Assembly: GCA_021791655.1 (NCBI GenBank)
Contig: JAJYWD010000002.1
Location: 2,128 to 66,127 of the forward strand
DNA: 64,000 nucleotides
Reading direction: 5' to 3'
Source: Nanobdellota archaeon
Lineage (GTDB): Archaea > Nanobdellota > Nanobdellia > Parvarchaeales > Parvarchaeaceae
Made by a program: the position numbers and the translations under genes. Of this stretch, positions 8,478 to 18,164 are shown piece after piece (within the stretch, counting starts at the first letter, position 1; each line of letters begins with the position of its first letter). The notes below the pieces were generated by a model. It did no database searches. It saw only the letters and a program-made list of their open reading frames with translations, and was not told where the DNA came from.

Positions 8478-10462
8478 GCCATATTAGCAGTGTTGGAGTA
8501 CTGAGTCACATTGACGTACTTGTACGTGCCAAGAGTACTTATTGTTATCGGTGAGGACGCAGAACCGACGCCGCCAGCCGCAGTAAACGTGTGAGAGTAT
8601 ATGTTGGTCCATGTACTACCGTCGTTAGATACAGCCCATGTCAATGTTACATCAGTGCCATAAGAAGCACATCCTCCGTTTAGAGCATCATAAGCGTAAA
8701 ATCGAGCGTAGAACGTCCCGGTTAGTGAGGAAGAAAACGTCCATTCCCATTCTGCTTGTTCCCACTGGGCCGTCCAACCGTCATTTGTCGTAATATTACC
8801 GTAAACGCCGTCGGGGATAATTGTAGCACCCGGGTTTGTCTGAACGTTATTGGTGGTGGGATTCCAACTGCCAGAGGCGGTGAAAACCGGTGTGGAAGGG
8901 TAATTGATACAGGCCGTGGAAGCCGAGAACGTGATTGACTGCGACAGTCCTGAATAAAGGGAACCAGACGAAGGCGAAGGAGTGTAAGTTGTAGTACAAC
9001 CGCCAGACGAGTTGGACAGCGTATTGACCGAGTAAGAATAATTACCGTAGGACGTAGTGAACGTTGTAGAAGTGGTTGTTGGATTATTCTGTACACTGTC
9101 GTAAGTAACATGCCATGTATAACCCGATGGAAGACCGGATTCCGTGAATGTGGTGATTAGTGGAGCTATTAGTACAGAGGGCATCACATCATTGGGTGGT
9201 GCAGCCCTCACATCAGTCCAGTAAGCTAAATCTGGGTAATTGAACGTACTCGGGGCCTTCGGGGATGACGCACCCTGACAATAGTTGACAAACGCCGCGT
9301 AGTCTGTCATTGATGAGCCGTATCCCCCCCCTGAAGCTATGCTCTTGTAGTTTATAGAATAAGCCGAACTTCCGGCTGTCACAGATGCAGAAAGTATTAT
9401 ATTATTAGAATTCGGAACGGCGTATGTACCGGAGATACCGTACACTTGTGCACTCGTAGAATTCAAGTACGAGAAGAAGTGACCTGGACCAGGTGAACAA
9501 TACGGTCCCCAGCCAAAGTCGGTATACTGTATAGCCGCGCCGCTGGGTAATGAACCGAACAATGCATCAGTCGCGTAGCCTCCATTCGGCGTAGACGAAT
9601 TCGAAAATGTAAAACCAGGGGTGATTACAGACTCCGCCTCACCAGCAGACGAACTGACGAGAAGACCGTCGTTGGCGGTGACCGTGGAATTCCCTTTTAA
9701 TGTGAGAGAAGAGAGACTAGTGGAATTTTTAAAGTCGTCATAAAATGTGAACACATGGGCACCGTCATCGTACTCGCCGTATACGGGAGACAATTGCGGC
9801 GCTTCTCCGGTGGTCAGTGTATTTAAAACGTTGTCATTCGTAGGGAAGAAATCCATATATACGGTTATGCTAGATAGACCTGGTATCCCAGGCCCTATCT
9901 TTAGCCAGTATGTGCTATTGCCGCTTTTGTTGTCATATTCCATCCAGGAAGGCAAGACCGTGCCGTTAGTATAAGAAAATCGTATGTTGTCGAGATTACC
10001 AGCTTCGTATTGTGAGTATGTCTTAGAGTTGAACACTAACATTTGCTGGAATGGTGCCGCAGTGCCGGCGGTCTGCGAATTTGTAAAGGATATCGGCAAT
10101 TGCAGTACTGGCTGAGGGGGGATAAAACACGTGGCGCTTATCGCGTTAAAAAGCGGAACCGACACTGTCACTATGTAAAATGAAGAGGTGCCATTAAGGA
10201 TTATGTATCCAGACCAGCTACCAAAAGTAGTAGTGATGTTATTTTCGCGTCCAAGGGGCACTCCGGATGCGGACAGCACGGAGATGTTAAAGTTGGCGTA
10301 ATCCTCAGGCCCTCCACTAGAGCCCAGGAACTGAAGCGAATAGGTGAAGTTGATAGACCCATTCGATATAGAACTTGTCTTATACTGGCTGCGTACGGAC
10401 GAGAGGGGGAGATTAAACCGCATCAAGGCTTGGGCCTGCCCATTTACCACTTCTACTTCCAT
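8435..10462 (-). CDS. Large extracellular N-glycosylated protein (putative adhesin). It lies in frame with, and 9 nt downstream of, the pilin-like ORF.
   Basis: 675 aa, Ser/Thr/Asn/Gly/Tyr-rich with many sequons. The stop is TAG. Confidence 0.55.
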   Translation of the reverse strand: MEVEVVNGQAQALMRFNLPLSSVRSQYKTSSISNGSINFTYSLQFLGSSGGPEDYANFNISVLSASGVPLGRENNITTTFGSWSGYIILNGTSSFYIVTVSVPLFNAISATCFIPPQPVLQLPISFTNSQTAGTAAPFQQMLVFNSKTYSQYEAGNLDNIRFSYTNGTVLPSWMEYDNKSGNSTYWLKIGPGIPGLSSITVYMDFFPTNDNVLNTLTTGEAPQLSPVYGEYDDGAHVFTFYDDFKNSTSLSSLTLKGNSTVTANDGLLVSSSAGEAESVITPGFTFSNSSTPNGGYATDALFGSLPSGAAIQYTDFGWGPYCSPGPGHFFSYLNSTSAQVYGISGTYAVPNSNNIILSASVTAGSSAYSINYKSIASGGGYGSSMTDYAAFVNYCQGASSPKAPSTFNYPDLAYWTDVRAAPPNDVMPSVLIAPLITTFTESGLPSGYTWHVTYDSVQNNPTTTSTTFTTSYGNYSYSVNTLSNSSGGCTTTYTPSPSSGSLYSGLSQSITFSASTACINYPSTPVFTASGSWNPTTNNVQTNPGATIIPDGVYGNITTNDGWTAQWEQAEWEWTFSSSLTGTFYARFYAYDALNGGCASYGTDVTLTWAVSNDGSTWTNIYSHTFTAAGGVGSASSPITISTLGTYKYVNVTQYSNTANMACKMNTWVDGVWET

Positions 10463-10471
10463 GGAACCTGG

Positions 10472-10825
10472 CTACACGCCCGCACTTATGGGCAAAATGC
10501 CAGTAATCGGGAGTATAGTACTTTGAATGGACCTTGCATTCTGCGAGGTTACGTACATAAGATTATTGCAGAAAAATGTTTGCCCTGGGATTATGCCGGG
10601 GGAGTGTAGGGTAAAATCTACAACAGAGCCGGCCTGCTGGGTACTCACACTGTTCGCTGCGCTTATGATGTCTTCGGCGGCAAGGTTAAGATTGCTGGAT
10701 GACGCGGACAGAGATGCACCTGTGAAATACGTGAGCGAGTAAGATGTTATTATGGCGAATACCGCGATAGCGATACCTATTATTATAAGGTACTCCAGCG
10801 AGGCCTGCCCACTTCTTTTTATCAT
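10472..10825 (-). CDS. Archaeal type IV pilin-like protein (class III signal peptide, DUF361-like).
   Basis: The N-terminus MIKRSGQASLEYLIIIGIAIAVFAII is the classic prepilin-peptidase motif (K/R-x-G-Q-A-x-L-E-Y plus a hydrophobic helix). Confidence 0.7.
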   Translation of the reverse strand: MIKRSGQASLEYLIIIGIAIAVFAIITSYSLTYFTGASLSASSSNLNLAAEDIISAANSVSTQQAGSVVDFTLHSPGIIPGQTFFCNNLMYVTSQNARSIQSTILPITGILPISAGV

Positions 10826-10828
10826 AAA

Positions 10829-11425
10829 TCAAACATGAAGGAACTTGTCTACCAGAGAGTTTATCCTTTCACTGACCTGCATTATGCTTTTCTCGCCGTC
10901 GACCTTCTTGAGGTGAAATTCCTTGGCTATGGATAAGAAAGCCTGCCTAACCCTGCTGACAGTCTCCTGCCTCTCGAAAAGGTGGAGGTTTGAAGGTTCC
11001 TCGCCCAAACGCGAGATTGCGGTTTTCGGTTTGACATCTATTAGTATGCCTAGATCTGGGAGCCTGAATTTAAGGTTTATAGACCTAAGCCATTTGTAGT
11101 TAACGCCAGATGCGTAACCGTAGGCCAGCGTAGAAAACAAATACCTATCGCAAACAACCACTTTACCCTTGGCCAGATATGGTTCTATCTCGCTCGAGAG
11201 GTGATGTGCGCGGTCGGCACAAAACAGTAGCTGAAGGGCGTCCGGTGAGGTGCGCCACTCCTGGCTGAGTGCGGCCTTCGATATCCCTCCGATTAGGCTG
11301 TTAGTCGGCTCCTTTGTGACCAAAAAATGGATGCCATTGCTGTTTAGGTGCTCTCCCAGCAGCGCTACTTGTGTGGACAGGCCAGCACCGTCTAGTCCTT
11401 CAAGAACTATGAATTTTCCATTCAT
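10829..11425 (-). CDS. Thymidylate kinase paralog with a degenerate P-loop (GLDGAGLST: the Walker A Lys is replaced by Leu).
   Basis: 198 aa with a dTMP-kinase fold pattern (FIVLEGLDG...CDRY...). It is translationally coupled (ATGA overlap) to the upstream tmk. Confidence 0.65.
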   Translation of the reverse strand: MNGKFIVLEGLDGAGLSTQVALLGEHLNSNGIHFLVTKEPTNSLIGGISKAALSQEWRTSPDALQLLFCADRAHHLSSEIEPYLAKGKVVVCDRYLFSTLAYGYASGVNYKWLRSINLKFRLPDLGILIDVKPKTAISRLGEEPSNLHLFERQETVSRVRQAFLSIAKEFHLKKVDGEKSIMQVSERINSLVDKFLHV

Positions 11426-12030
11426 ACTACAGACATCACCTCTGTGAGAATCTCGCCTGATATTGAGTTTTTAGTACCGGAATCTAAAAATAGCTTCCAT
11501 CTTTCGGAAAAGAAAGAATTGCTGAACATACGCTCATACAAACCGCCGACTTTTTCCATAAGCCGGAGGTCATTTTCAAAAACGTCGCCACGACGAGATG
11601 CCCTCTTTCTCTCGAGTGTCTCCTTAACCTGCCCATGCAGAAGAATCGTAAGGGTCGGCTTCGGAAGATCCAGCATTTCGACAATAAGTTTCGCCTTGTC
11701 GTACGGTAGTCCCTGGGCACACTGATACGCTACAGATGAGAACACATACCTTTTGCTTATAACAAGATCGTTCTTGTTTAGAAGTTCCCTTATATTTCTT
11801 GAGTCTTTCGTTATGTCTGCCAGAAAAAGGAAGAACTGGGAATCCGGCCCGAGCTTTACCTTGGACGCAAGAAAATTTCTTATTATCCTGCCGAATTGGG
11901 AGCCGTAATCCGGGTACGAAAAATAGGCGGCCTTCAATCCCTGTTCCTTAAGATTCTTTTTCAGGAGATCGAATTGCGTGTCTTTACCCGAGCCGTCTAT
12001 ACCTTCCAAAACTATAAATTTCCCGGCCAT
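11422..12030 (-). CDS. tmk: Thymidylate kinase.
   Basis: 202 aa with FIVLEGIDGSGKDTQ (Walker A) and DRY-like SKRYVFSS. Typical tmk length. Confidence 0.8.
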   Translation of the reverse strand: MAGKFIVLEGIDGSGKDTQFDLLKKNLKEQGLKAAYFSYPDYGSQFGRIIRNFLASKVKLGPDSQFFLFLADITKDSRNIRELLNKNDLVISKRYVFSSVAYQCAQGLPYDKAKLIVEMLDLPKPTLTILLHGQVKETLERKRASRRGDVFENDLRLMEKVGGLYERMFSNSFFSERWKLFLDSGTKNSISGEILTEVMSVV

Positions 12031-12046
12031 ACGACTTTATCTAGGC

Positions 12047-13486
12047 CTAGGTTTTTATACCTTTTTTGAAAATCTGTACTTTGGCGCCGCCGAAGTCCAA
12101 CATCTGGAAACTTTTGTCCCGGAGGTTCACAACGGGTACCTTTGCGACTTCAGGGTCGACCCCGTATTTCTTTTGGTAGGACGTTTGGTACTGCCAGCAA
12201 GAGGCGTTAACTAGGACCACCCCGCGGTACATTGAAGCCGCAGCCTTATGTACATGGCCAGAGGCGAAGATGTCTGGCGTCTCGTCTATGACAAGAAAAT
12301 CGCGATGCAGAGGCACCAGTTGCGTCGACCCGTGGGTTGGGGCCAGATGTCTTGACCTAAGTTGTAGCTTCATTATCGACAGTATGCTTTCGTCGTCCAT
12401 CTTGTTGAATTTTGCGATGGAATTTACGTAATACATTATGCTGAAGCCGTGATACGACAGCAGTTTTCTCTTGGCGTCGCCGATCTTAAGGTTTACCTGA
12501 TAAGGATTGGAAAGGAAAACCGCGTTAGTGAGCTTGTACAGACTTTCGCCGAAGTATGGTTCCAGCTTAGGCTGCGGCTCGGCTATGTGCGTAGCGTCGT
12601 GGTTGCCCTGGGAAATAAGTATCGTTATGTGCTTCGGCACTCGGTCCAGAAGTTGATAAAGCGCATCGTACTGTGATCTTACATCTTTTATTTCGAGTTC
12701 TTTTTCTTGTTCAGGGTATACGCCAACACCATCCACCAAATCGCCCGCAACAACCAGAAATTTGACCTTTTCGGCGATGCTCTTGTATTCGTCAACTCCA
12801 CCGTTAAGCCAGTTTATGAAAAGCTCGAATTCCGTCGCAGCAAACAGCTTGGAGCCGACATGGATGTCTGACAAGAACACCGCGTACGTATCTCCTATAT
12901 CCAGGGTGTCCTTGTCAATTATCTGGACGTCGGGGAAAACCACGTCATTCACGAAGATCGCATCCTTGTATTTTTTCCCTTTTATCATCACGACATGGTC
13001 TTTTAGTAACTCATCGTTAACTACAGACAGTATGGCCTTGTATCGCGACGTGTTATCCTCGATTTCGAGTATCTGGTAGTGCTTAACGGGGCTTATCGAA
13101 ACCTCAGCAACCATGACTATAGACTTTACCTCTGCGCCGTTAGGCATGTTTTTTATGCCTTCTAATGACATGACTCCATTGGCGTCTACCCTCTTTAGAA
13201 GTATGTCTCTGAGGCGATTGAATCGATCATTGAAGTAATTTATCCAGTCGTTTGGCTTTGAATGCGACGTCTCTCCGCCGTAGTTCTTTACTACCTCGAT
13301 CGAGGAATTGCCTTCAGACGGCTTATCGTATACTAAATTGTAAAGCGTCTTAGTGTCCAGAAAGGTTATACTCTTTTCCTTCAATTTTTCGATGAGCTTG
13401 TTCATGTCCGGGACTTCGAAGTTCTTTATCCCGGCGTCTATAAGGATGCCATTGCCGAAAAGAAGATTCAACTGTTCTTGATTCAT
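12047..13486 (-). CDS. DNA polymerase II (PolD) small subunit DP1, a calcineurin-like phosphoesterase.
   Basis: 479 aa. The C-terminal half carries VVAGDLVDGVG, SQGNHD and ASGHVH metallophosphoesterase motifs in a DP1-like arrangement. The N-terminal region is OB/linker-like. Confidence 0.75.
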   Translation of the reverse strand: MNQEQLNLLFGNGILIDAGIKNFEVPDMNKLIEKLKEKSITFLDTKTLYNLVYDKPSEGNSSIEVVKNYGGETSHSKPNDWINYFNDRFNRLRDILLKRVDANGVMSLEGIKNMPNGAEVKSIVMVAEVSISPVKHYQILEIEDNTSRYKAILSVVNDELLKDHVVMIKGKKYKDAIFVNDVVFPDVQIIDKDTLDIGDTYAVFLSDIHVGSKLFAATEFELFINWLNGGVDEYKSIAEKVKFLVVAGDLVDGVGVYPEQEKELEIKDVRSQYDALYQLLDRVPKHITILISQGNHDATHIAEPQPKLEPYFGESLYKLTNAVFLSNPYQVNLKIGDAKRKLLSYHGFSIMYYVNSIAKFNKMDDESILSIMKLQLRSRHLAPTHGSTQLVPLHRDFLVIDETPDIFASGHVHKAAASMYRGVVLVNASCWQYQTSYQKKYGVDPEVAKVPVVNLRDKSFQMLDFGGAKVQIFKKGIKT

Positions 13487-13779
13487 CTCTATTTTACTTT
13501 ATTCTGGATTATATGTTTTCTGCTCATATAATGCTACGGTGTAATCAGTGTTCGAAGTCCGGCACGGAAGACCGGTACGATGGCAGTGAAAATGTGGAGG
13601 GAATAAAGATAGTGTATCTTCCGTTCTGGGAATGGGCCCTGACATAGAATGGATGATATGCTGAACCTTTTTACGAAAAACTTTACCAAAAAGTCTGGGT
13701 GCGCAAACCTTTTTAGAAATGTTGAGCCAAAACACTGGTATATTTATTCCTGTAGTGGCAAAATATACCTGGCATCTAT

Positions 13780-14052
13780 GTGGATCAAAAAGAGAATCCT
13801 AGAGAAGTCGTAATGGCTTATATCAAGGCCGTGGATAACAAGGACTATGACTCCATAAGAAGCTATCTAAGCGATAGCGTCTTCATTAAAGGCCTTGCTG
13901 GCGAAGCATTTCGCAGTCCCGATGAGTTTATTGGCATGATGAAGCAGCGGAATGGCAAGTATGCGATGAAGAAAGTATTTGTAGACGGAGATGATGTATG
14001 TCTGCTCTATGACTTCGTTACTCCGAAAGTTACTGCTTTCTTCTGCTCATAG
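13780..14052 (+). CDS. Small NTF2/SnoaL-like protein (hypothetical).
   Basis: 90 aa, EVVMAYIKAVDNKDYDSIRSYLSDSV, resembles the ketosteroid isomerase/SnoaL fold. Confidence 0.35.
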   Translation: MDQKENPREVVMAYIKAVDNKDYDSIRSYLSDSVFIKGLAGEAFRSPDEFIGMMKQRNGKYAMKKVFVDGDDVCLLYDFVTPKVTAFFCS

Positions 14053-14054
14053 TA

Positions 14055-14453
14055 TCAGGTTAAAGAAGGCAAAATAGCTTCGATACAGTCAATCTTTGAT
14101 CCGAAGGTATTTGCCCCGCCAGGAAAGTAGAACAGTAAATAAGCGTATGTTATTTTATAGCAGGATATAGCGTTAGCATGCATTAGCATATAAAAGCTAT
14201 CGGAGGGGACTGCACGAAAAGCCGCAGTCACGCCGAGTTTCCTTATTAGTCTATTCAAAGTCTTATCGATTCTGCCAAGATGGCGCACGCCAGTCTCCCA
14301 TACCTTCTTGTCCGCTATTGTTTTGTATTTCTCTACCATTTCCAGAATCCTGCAAATTACGCACTGCAACCGGAACTTACTGTATCGGGAGGACAAAAAG
14401 ATATAAGGATATAGACTATAACGCCTATTATAAAGATATGCCGCCCAAGTCAA
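14055..14453 (-). CDS. Hypothetical protein (doubtful ORF in an AT-rich spacer).
   Basis: 132-aa ORF. The C-terminal half reads like translated AT-rich noncoding DNA. Only the central segment MVEKYKTIADKKVWETGVRHLGRIDK looks protein-like. Confidence 0.2.
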   Translation of the reverse strand: MTWAAYLYNRRYSLYPYIFLSSRYSKFRLQCVICRILEMVEKYKTIADKKVWETGVRHLGRIDKTLNRLIRKLGVTAAFRAVPSDSFYMLMHANAISCYKITYAYLLFYFPGGANTFGSKIDCIEAILPSLT

Positions 14454-14479
14454 AACTCCTTATTTTGATGCGATAAACT

Positions 14480-15805
14480 ATGAGCAACGATAAAGATAAG
14501 ATAAGTGTTACAGTGGCTACGGCGGTGGGTCTCGGAGCCATTATAGGGGCTGGTATATACGTGCTAAGCGGTACCGCCATTGCATTGGCTGGGGCATATG
14601 CGCTCATAGCATTCGTTCTCGTAGGTATCGTGGCTTTCATAATAGCGCTCGAACTCGGCGAACTCGGGTCGCTCATGCCATACGTAAAGGGCGCCTCCTA
14701 TTCATACACGTATAAGGCGTTCGGAAGCGAACTCGGCTTTATAGCAGGTTTGCTCAGGTATTTTTCACTGGCAACAGCAATCTCAGTGATATCATTGGGT
14801 TTTGCGTCATACCTGTCCAACTTTTTGGGCGTCGCCGTGGGCACATACGCCATACCGTTCGCCATATTACTAATAACCGTGCTGTCCATTGTAAACTTAC
14901 TGGGGATAAAGAAAGCAGCTGAAGCGGATTTCGGTCTTGTCATTATAAAAATAGCAATCCTCCTGATTTTTGTAGCGTTTGCGGTGTTTGTGGCGGTTAC
15001 CGGCGTACGCGGAGGGATACCGCAGATATCATTCAGTGCACCAGGAAGTGCGGTCGGGGGGATATTCGCCGCTAGTGTAGTGGTGTTCTTCGCGTATTCC
15101 GGCTTCCAGGCCATATCTTCTATTACTGATAGGATAAAGGGCGGCTCTTCCGGATACGTAAAAGCTATACTTTCTGCAGTGACGATAAGCATTATACTTT
15201 ATCTACTAGTCGTATCCGCATTATTGCTGTTACTCCCTTCTTCAGCTTATAAAATATCTGCGGACCCATTGGCTTACGCACTAAAAGGCAGTGTAGCGCC
15301 GCCTTGGATTGGTATTTTAGTAGATTTTGGTGCGCTTGTAGCAACCGCTTCAGCAACTATAGCAATGATATTGGCCTCATCCAGAGCCCTGTACCAGATG
15401 AGTTCGGACCACCTATTGCCACGGTTCCTGAGAAAATTCAATAATAAGAGCGGAGTAGCAGAAAACGGCATACTCGTTTCCGCCGTGATAGGCGTATTGA
15501 TGCTGTTTACAGGCAACATCTACGTGATAGTGTCCATCGCAAACTTTGGACTTATGCTGAATTATCTGTTCGTTGGTTTCGATATCATTCATTTTAGAAG
15601 ATCGGGCGTAAAATCTGACTTCAGAATGCCGTTTTATCCATACTTACCGTTTATAGGTATTATACTGCTACTCGCGTTTTTCGCTGGCATGCCTAACGAA
15701 GCTTTGGTCGTAGGCGTGATACTCCTGATTGCTCTTTTGGTTACTTACTATTTCTTAAGGGAGGCGGATGAGAAGAAGGTGGTAAGGGTAAAGCTATTCA
15801 AATGA
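14480..15805 (+). CDS. Amino acid permease (APC superfamily).
   Basis: 441 aa with about 12 TM helices and an N-terminal GLGAIIGAGIYVLSG signature of APC transporters. Confidence 0.8.
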   Translation: MSNDKDKISVTVATAVGLGAIIGAGIYVLSGTAIALAGAYALIAFVLVGIVAFIIALELGELGSLMPYVKGASYSYTYKAFGSELGFIAGLLRYFSLATAISVISLGFASYLSNFLGVAVGTYAIPFAILLITVLSIVNLLGIKKAAEADFGLVIIKIAILLIFVAFAVFVAVTGVRGGIPQISFSAPGSAVGGIFAASVVVFFAYSGFQAISSITDRIKGGSSGYVKAILSAVTISIILYLLVVSALLLLLPSSAYKISADPLAYALKGSVAPPWIGILVDFGALVATASATIAMILASSRALYQMSSDHLLPRFLRKFNNKSGVAENGILVSAVIGVLMLFTGNIYVIVSIANFGLMLNYLFVGFDIIHFRRSGVKSDFRMPFYPYLPFIGIILLLAFFAGMPNEALVVGVILLIALLVTYYFLREADEKKVVRVKLFK

Positions 15806-15853
15806 AGAAAGATCTCGTTAAACACATGCAAATCGTGTAGTAGGCAGTCGAAA

Positions 15854-16384
15854 ATGGAAACAAAACACTACAATAAGAATCTGGCGTATGGCAACCAGGA
15901 TGATGAAGTATGTATCTCGCCCATTACAAAAATGGACGTGCCGGCAGTAGAGAAGCTTAGAGACGAATTTGAGGTGTATCTACAAGAGCTATCTAACAAA
16001 CCACGTGAGAAACAGCTCAAAAAAGAGCGTAAAGCCAGACTCCTTAGAGATGGTTTCGGTAAAAACCGCGCCTTTTATGGATTTGTCGCAAAATACGGCG
16101 ATAGAGCACTAGGCTACGCCTTCTATCATTTCGGCTACGATCCGGATGAGATGCAGGGACGAGTAATCTACGTGGTTGATCTTTTCGTTACAAAGAAAGC
16201 CAGGGGTCTCGGGATAGGCCGACAATTAATGTCGAGAATAGCCGATATATGCAAAGAGAACGGGGGAAAGGCGGTGTACTTCGCCGCATGGCGCAGGAAC
16301 AAAACTGCAATACGCTTTTACAAGGGGCTGGGTGCAGATTGGATCAAGGACGTGCCGTTTATGCGCTGGGATTTGGACTGGTGA
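15854..16384 (+). CDS. GNAT family N-acetyltransferase.
   Basis: 176 aa with VVDLFVTKKARGLGIGRQLM, the acetyl-CoA-binding motif A (Q/RxxGxG/A). Confidence 0.75.
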   Translation: METKHYNKNLAYGNQDDEVCISPITKMDVPAVEKLRDEFEVYLQELSNKPREKQLKKERKARLLRDGFGKNRAFYGFVAKYGDRALGYAFYHFGYDPDEMQGRVIYVVDLFVTKKARGLGIGRQLMSRIADICKENGGKAVYFAAWRRNKTAIRFYKGLGADWIKDVPFMRWDLDW

Positions 16385-16473
16385 GCCACCAAAGGTGGGT
16401 TGAAAGCGTAATCCGCCACCTACACCGCGCCCATAGCAAAGAAACATTTAAGGGACGGGGCTCATAAACTTTA

Positions 16474-17379
16474 ATGCGAAAGGTTTTTGTAGGTCTAACG
16501 CTCGCCTTCCTGTCCTCTATTGCGTGGATAGTTTGGTCGGTAATCGCGGACATACTGCTGATGGGGGGCAAGAAAGACTATGTCGCGTATCTGACCTTAA
16601 TCTACGTGATTGTACTGCTTTTTGCGACTGTGATAGCCGTCTTCTATATAAAGAAATCTGGTAACGGATTCAAAGGAAAAGAACTCAGATTGGTTCCTTA
16701 CGCGCTGTCGGCCGGGGTAATTTTCGCGGTTGGCACAATAATATTCTTCAGTCTCCTGGGAAACACTTCGTACCCATTTGTGGCAGCGGTGCAGGTAAGC
16801 GCCGTCGTTCCGTATGCGTTTTTCATAACACTTATCACCAAAGAGCGGCCAAAGGCTAATTACTATATCGGCACCCTTATTGTACTGTCCGGGTTTGTGC
16901 TGCAGGTGTTCGGTCTCTACGGAGATGATTTCTCGGCAGCAGCATCAACAATCCTTCTATCGGTGTCGGTTCTGGTGTTATACACAATCGGTTATATTCT
17001 TTCGTTTTACTTTGTATACAACGGCCTGCACCCCTTGAAAGCGTCGCCCGTTGTGATATTTACGAGTATGGTGACCGTACTGGCATACGGACTTATAACA
17101 AACGCATACGTACATGCGGGCCAGATAACCGGTTACGGCGTCATTCTTTCCGTGTTTATTGCAATCGCAGTTGTGGTGGGATACACCTTTGAGGAACTGC
17201 CCGTGAAAATGCTTAAACTAAGCGGCGTGAAGTATCTTAACCTGGCCAATCTCCTGTCCAGCTTTGAGACGCCGGGGATACTGGTATTCTCGGCCGTATT
17301 CCTGTCCCTTTTGTATCCGCCGCTGATTATCGGCCTGCTCCTGACATTCGCCGGCATAGTTTTGGTTGTCTATTCATGA
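16474..17379 (+). CDS. Polytopic membrane protein (DMT/EamA-like transporter candidate).
   Basis: 301 aa with about 10 hydrophobic helices. No catalytic motif was recognised. Confidence 0.5.
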   Translation: MRKVFVGLTLAFLSSIAWIVWSVIADILLMGGKKDYVAYLTLIYVIVLLFATVIAVFYIKKSGNGFKGKELRLVPYALSAGVIFAVGTIIFFSLLGNTSYPFVAAVQVSAVVPYAFFITLITKERPKANYYIGTLIVLSGFVLQVFGLYGDDFSAAASTILLSVSVLVLYTIGYILSFYFVYNGLHPLKASPVVIFTSMVTVLAYGLITNAYVHAGQITGYGVILSVFIAIAVVVGYTFEELPVKMLKLSGVKYLNLANLLSSFETPGILVFSAVFLSLLYPPLIIGLLLTFAGIVLVVYS

Positions 17380-18030
17380 AAACTGCGGCTGGCAAATTCC
17401 TTGAATAATGCTCGGCTGCTCACTTCTTACTGTTTAAGGTAGAAGACTGGAAACGCTTTCAGAAGAGCCCGTTTAATAATGTTTTTCCTCTTGAACGGCT
17501 TTTGGGGCGCCTTGTCAGGATGCCTTTGCGACCTAAGAACGTGCCCATAAAACGTGTCCATCGAACTCAGGAAATCGCTAAGACGTTCACTTTGATAGCC
17601 GACTCTCTTAAGTTCCCTGTAAACACTGTCCTTTATCATATTTATCTCCGATATGGTAACCTTTTCGTCTGTTAACAGCGTCTGGATATTATTGCGTTTA
17701 TCTTCGCTGCGGTCAGCCAGATCGTCAAGGAATGGAGGTACTCGCCGAGTCTATAAAGTGCGCCCCACCCCGGGCTCTGCTCGTCCATGTCTGGGTTCAG
17801 TGCCGAGGCGAAAAGCAGCATGACATAACCGCATTTTTTGAGCGTTACGTCCAGCAACGCATCATCGGTAAGAACCGTGGATTGCTGCTCCATAGACGCT
17901 ATCTACGATGCATGGAGTTTTCTAATGGTCTTATAAACCTTAAATTGTTAATACGTTACAATAGTGTTTTTTACTGTTGTTATGCAGGTAATTATGGCCC
18001 GCTTCAGCAGATTTTACCCCGTGAAGCCGA

Positions 18031-18104
18031 TGCCCCCGCCCGGATTTGAACCGGGGTGATCAGTTTAGGAAACTGAAGTTCTGTCCAAGCTAAACTACGG
18101 GAGC
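18031..18104 (-). tRNA. tRNA-Arg (anticodon CCT).
   Basis: On the reverse strand: GCTCCCG-TA-GTTT..GAAC-T-TCAGT-TTCCTAA-ACTGA-TCAC-CCCGG-TTCAAAT-CCGGG-CGGGGGC-A. The cloverleaf is complete and the anticodon loop is TTCCTAA. Confidence 0.8.
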
Positions 18105-18164
18105 ACACTAAAGAGATTAATAGGAAACTAAATATAAATAAAGTATCAAAGACAAAGTAAGTGT

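Noticed and set aside
10460-10475. Possibility that the in-frame TAG between pilin and adhesin reflects genome-wide amber recoding (pyrrolysine).
   Set aside because: Several confident genes in the window also end in TAG (for example the adhesin ORF itself). TGA and TAA are used normally, and nothing pyl-like is present. An ordinary stop or a local mutation is more likely.
17427-17893. Two small minus-strand ORFs (70 and 73 aa) between the membrane transporter and tRNA-Arg. Possibly a frameshifted single gene.
   Set aside because: No motif and no clear start context. They are in different frames separated by 32 nt. They could be real small proteins, but the evidence is insufficient to call them.
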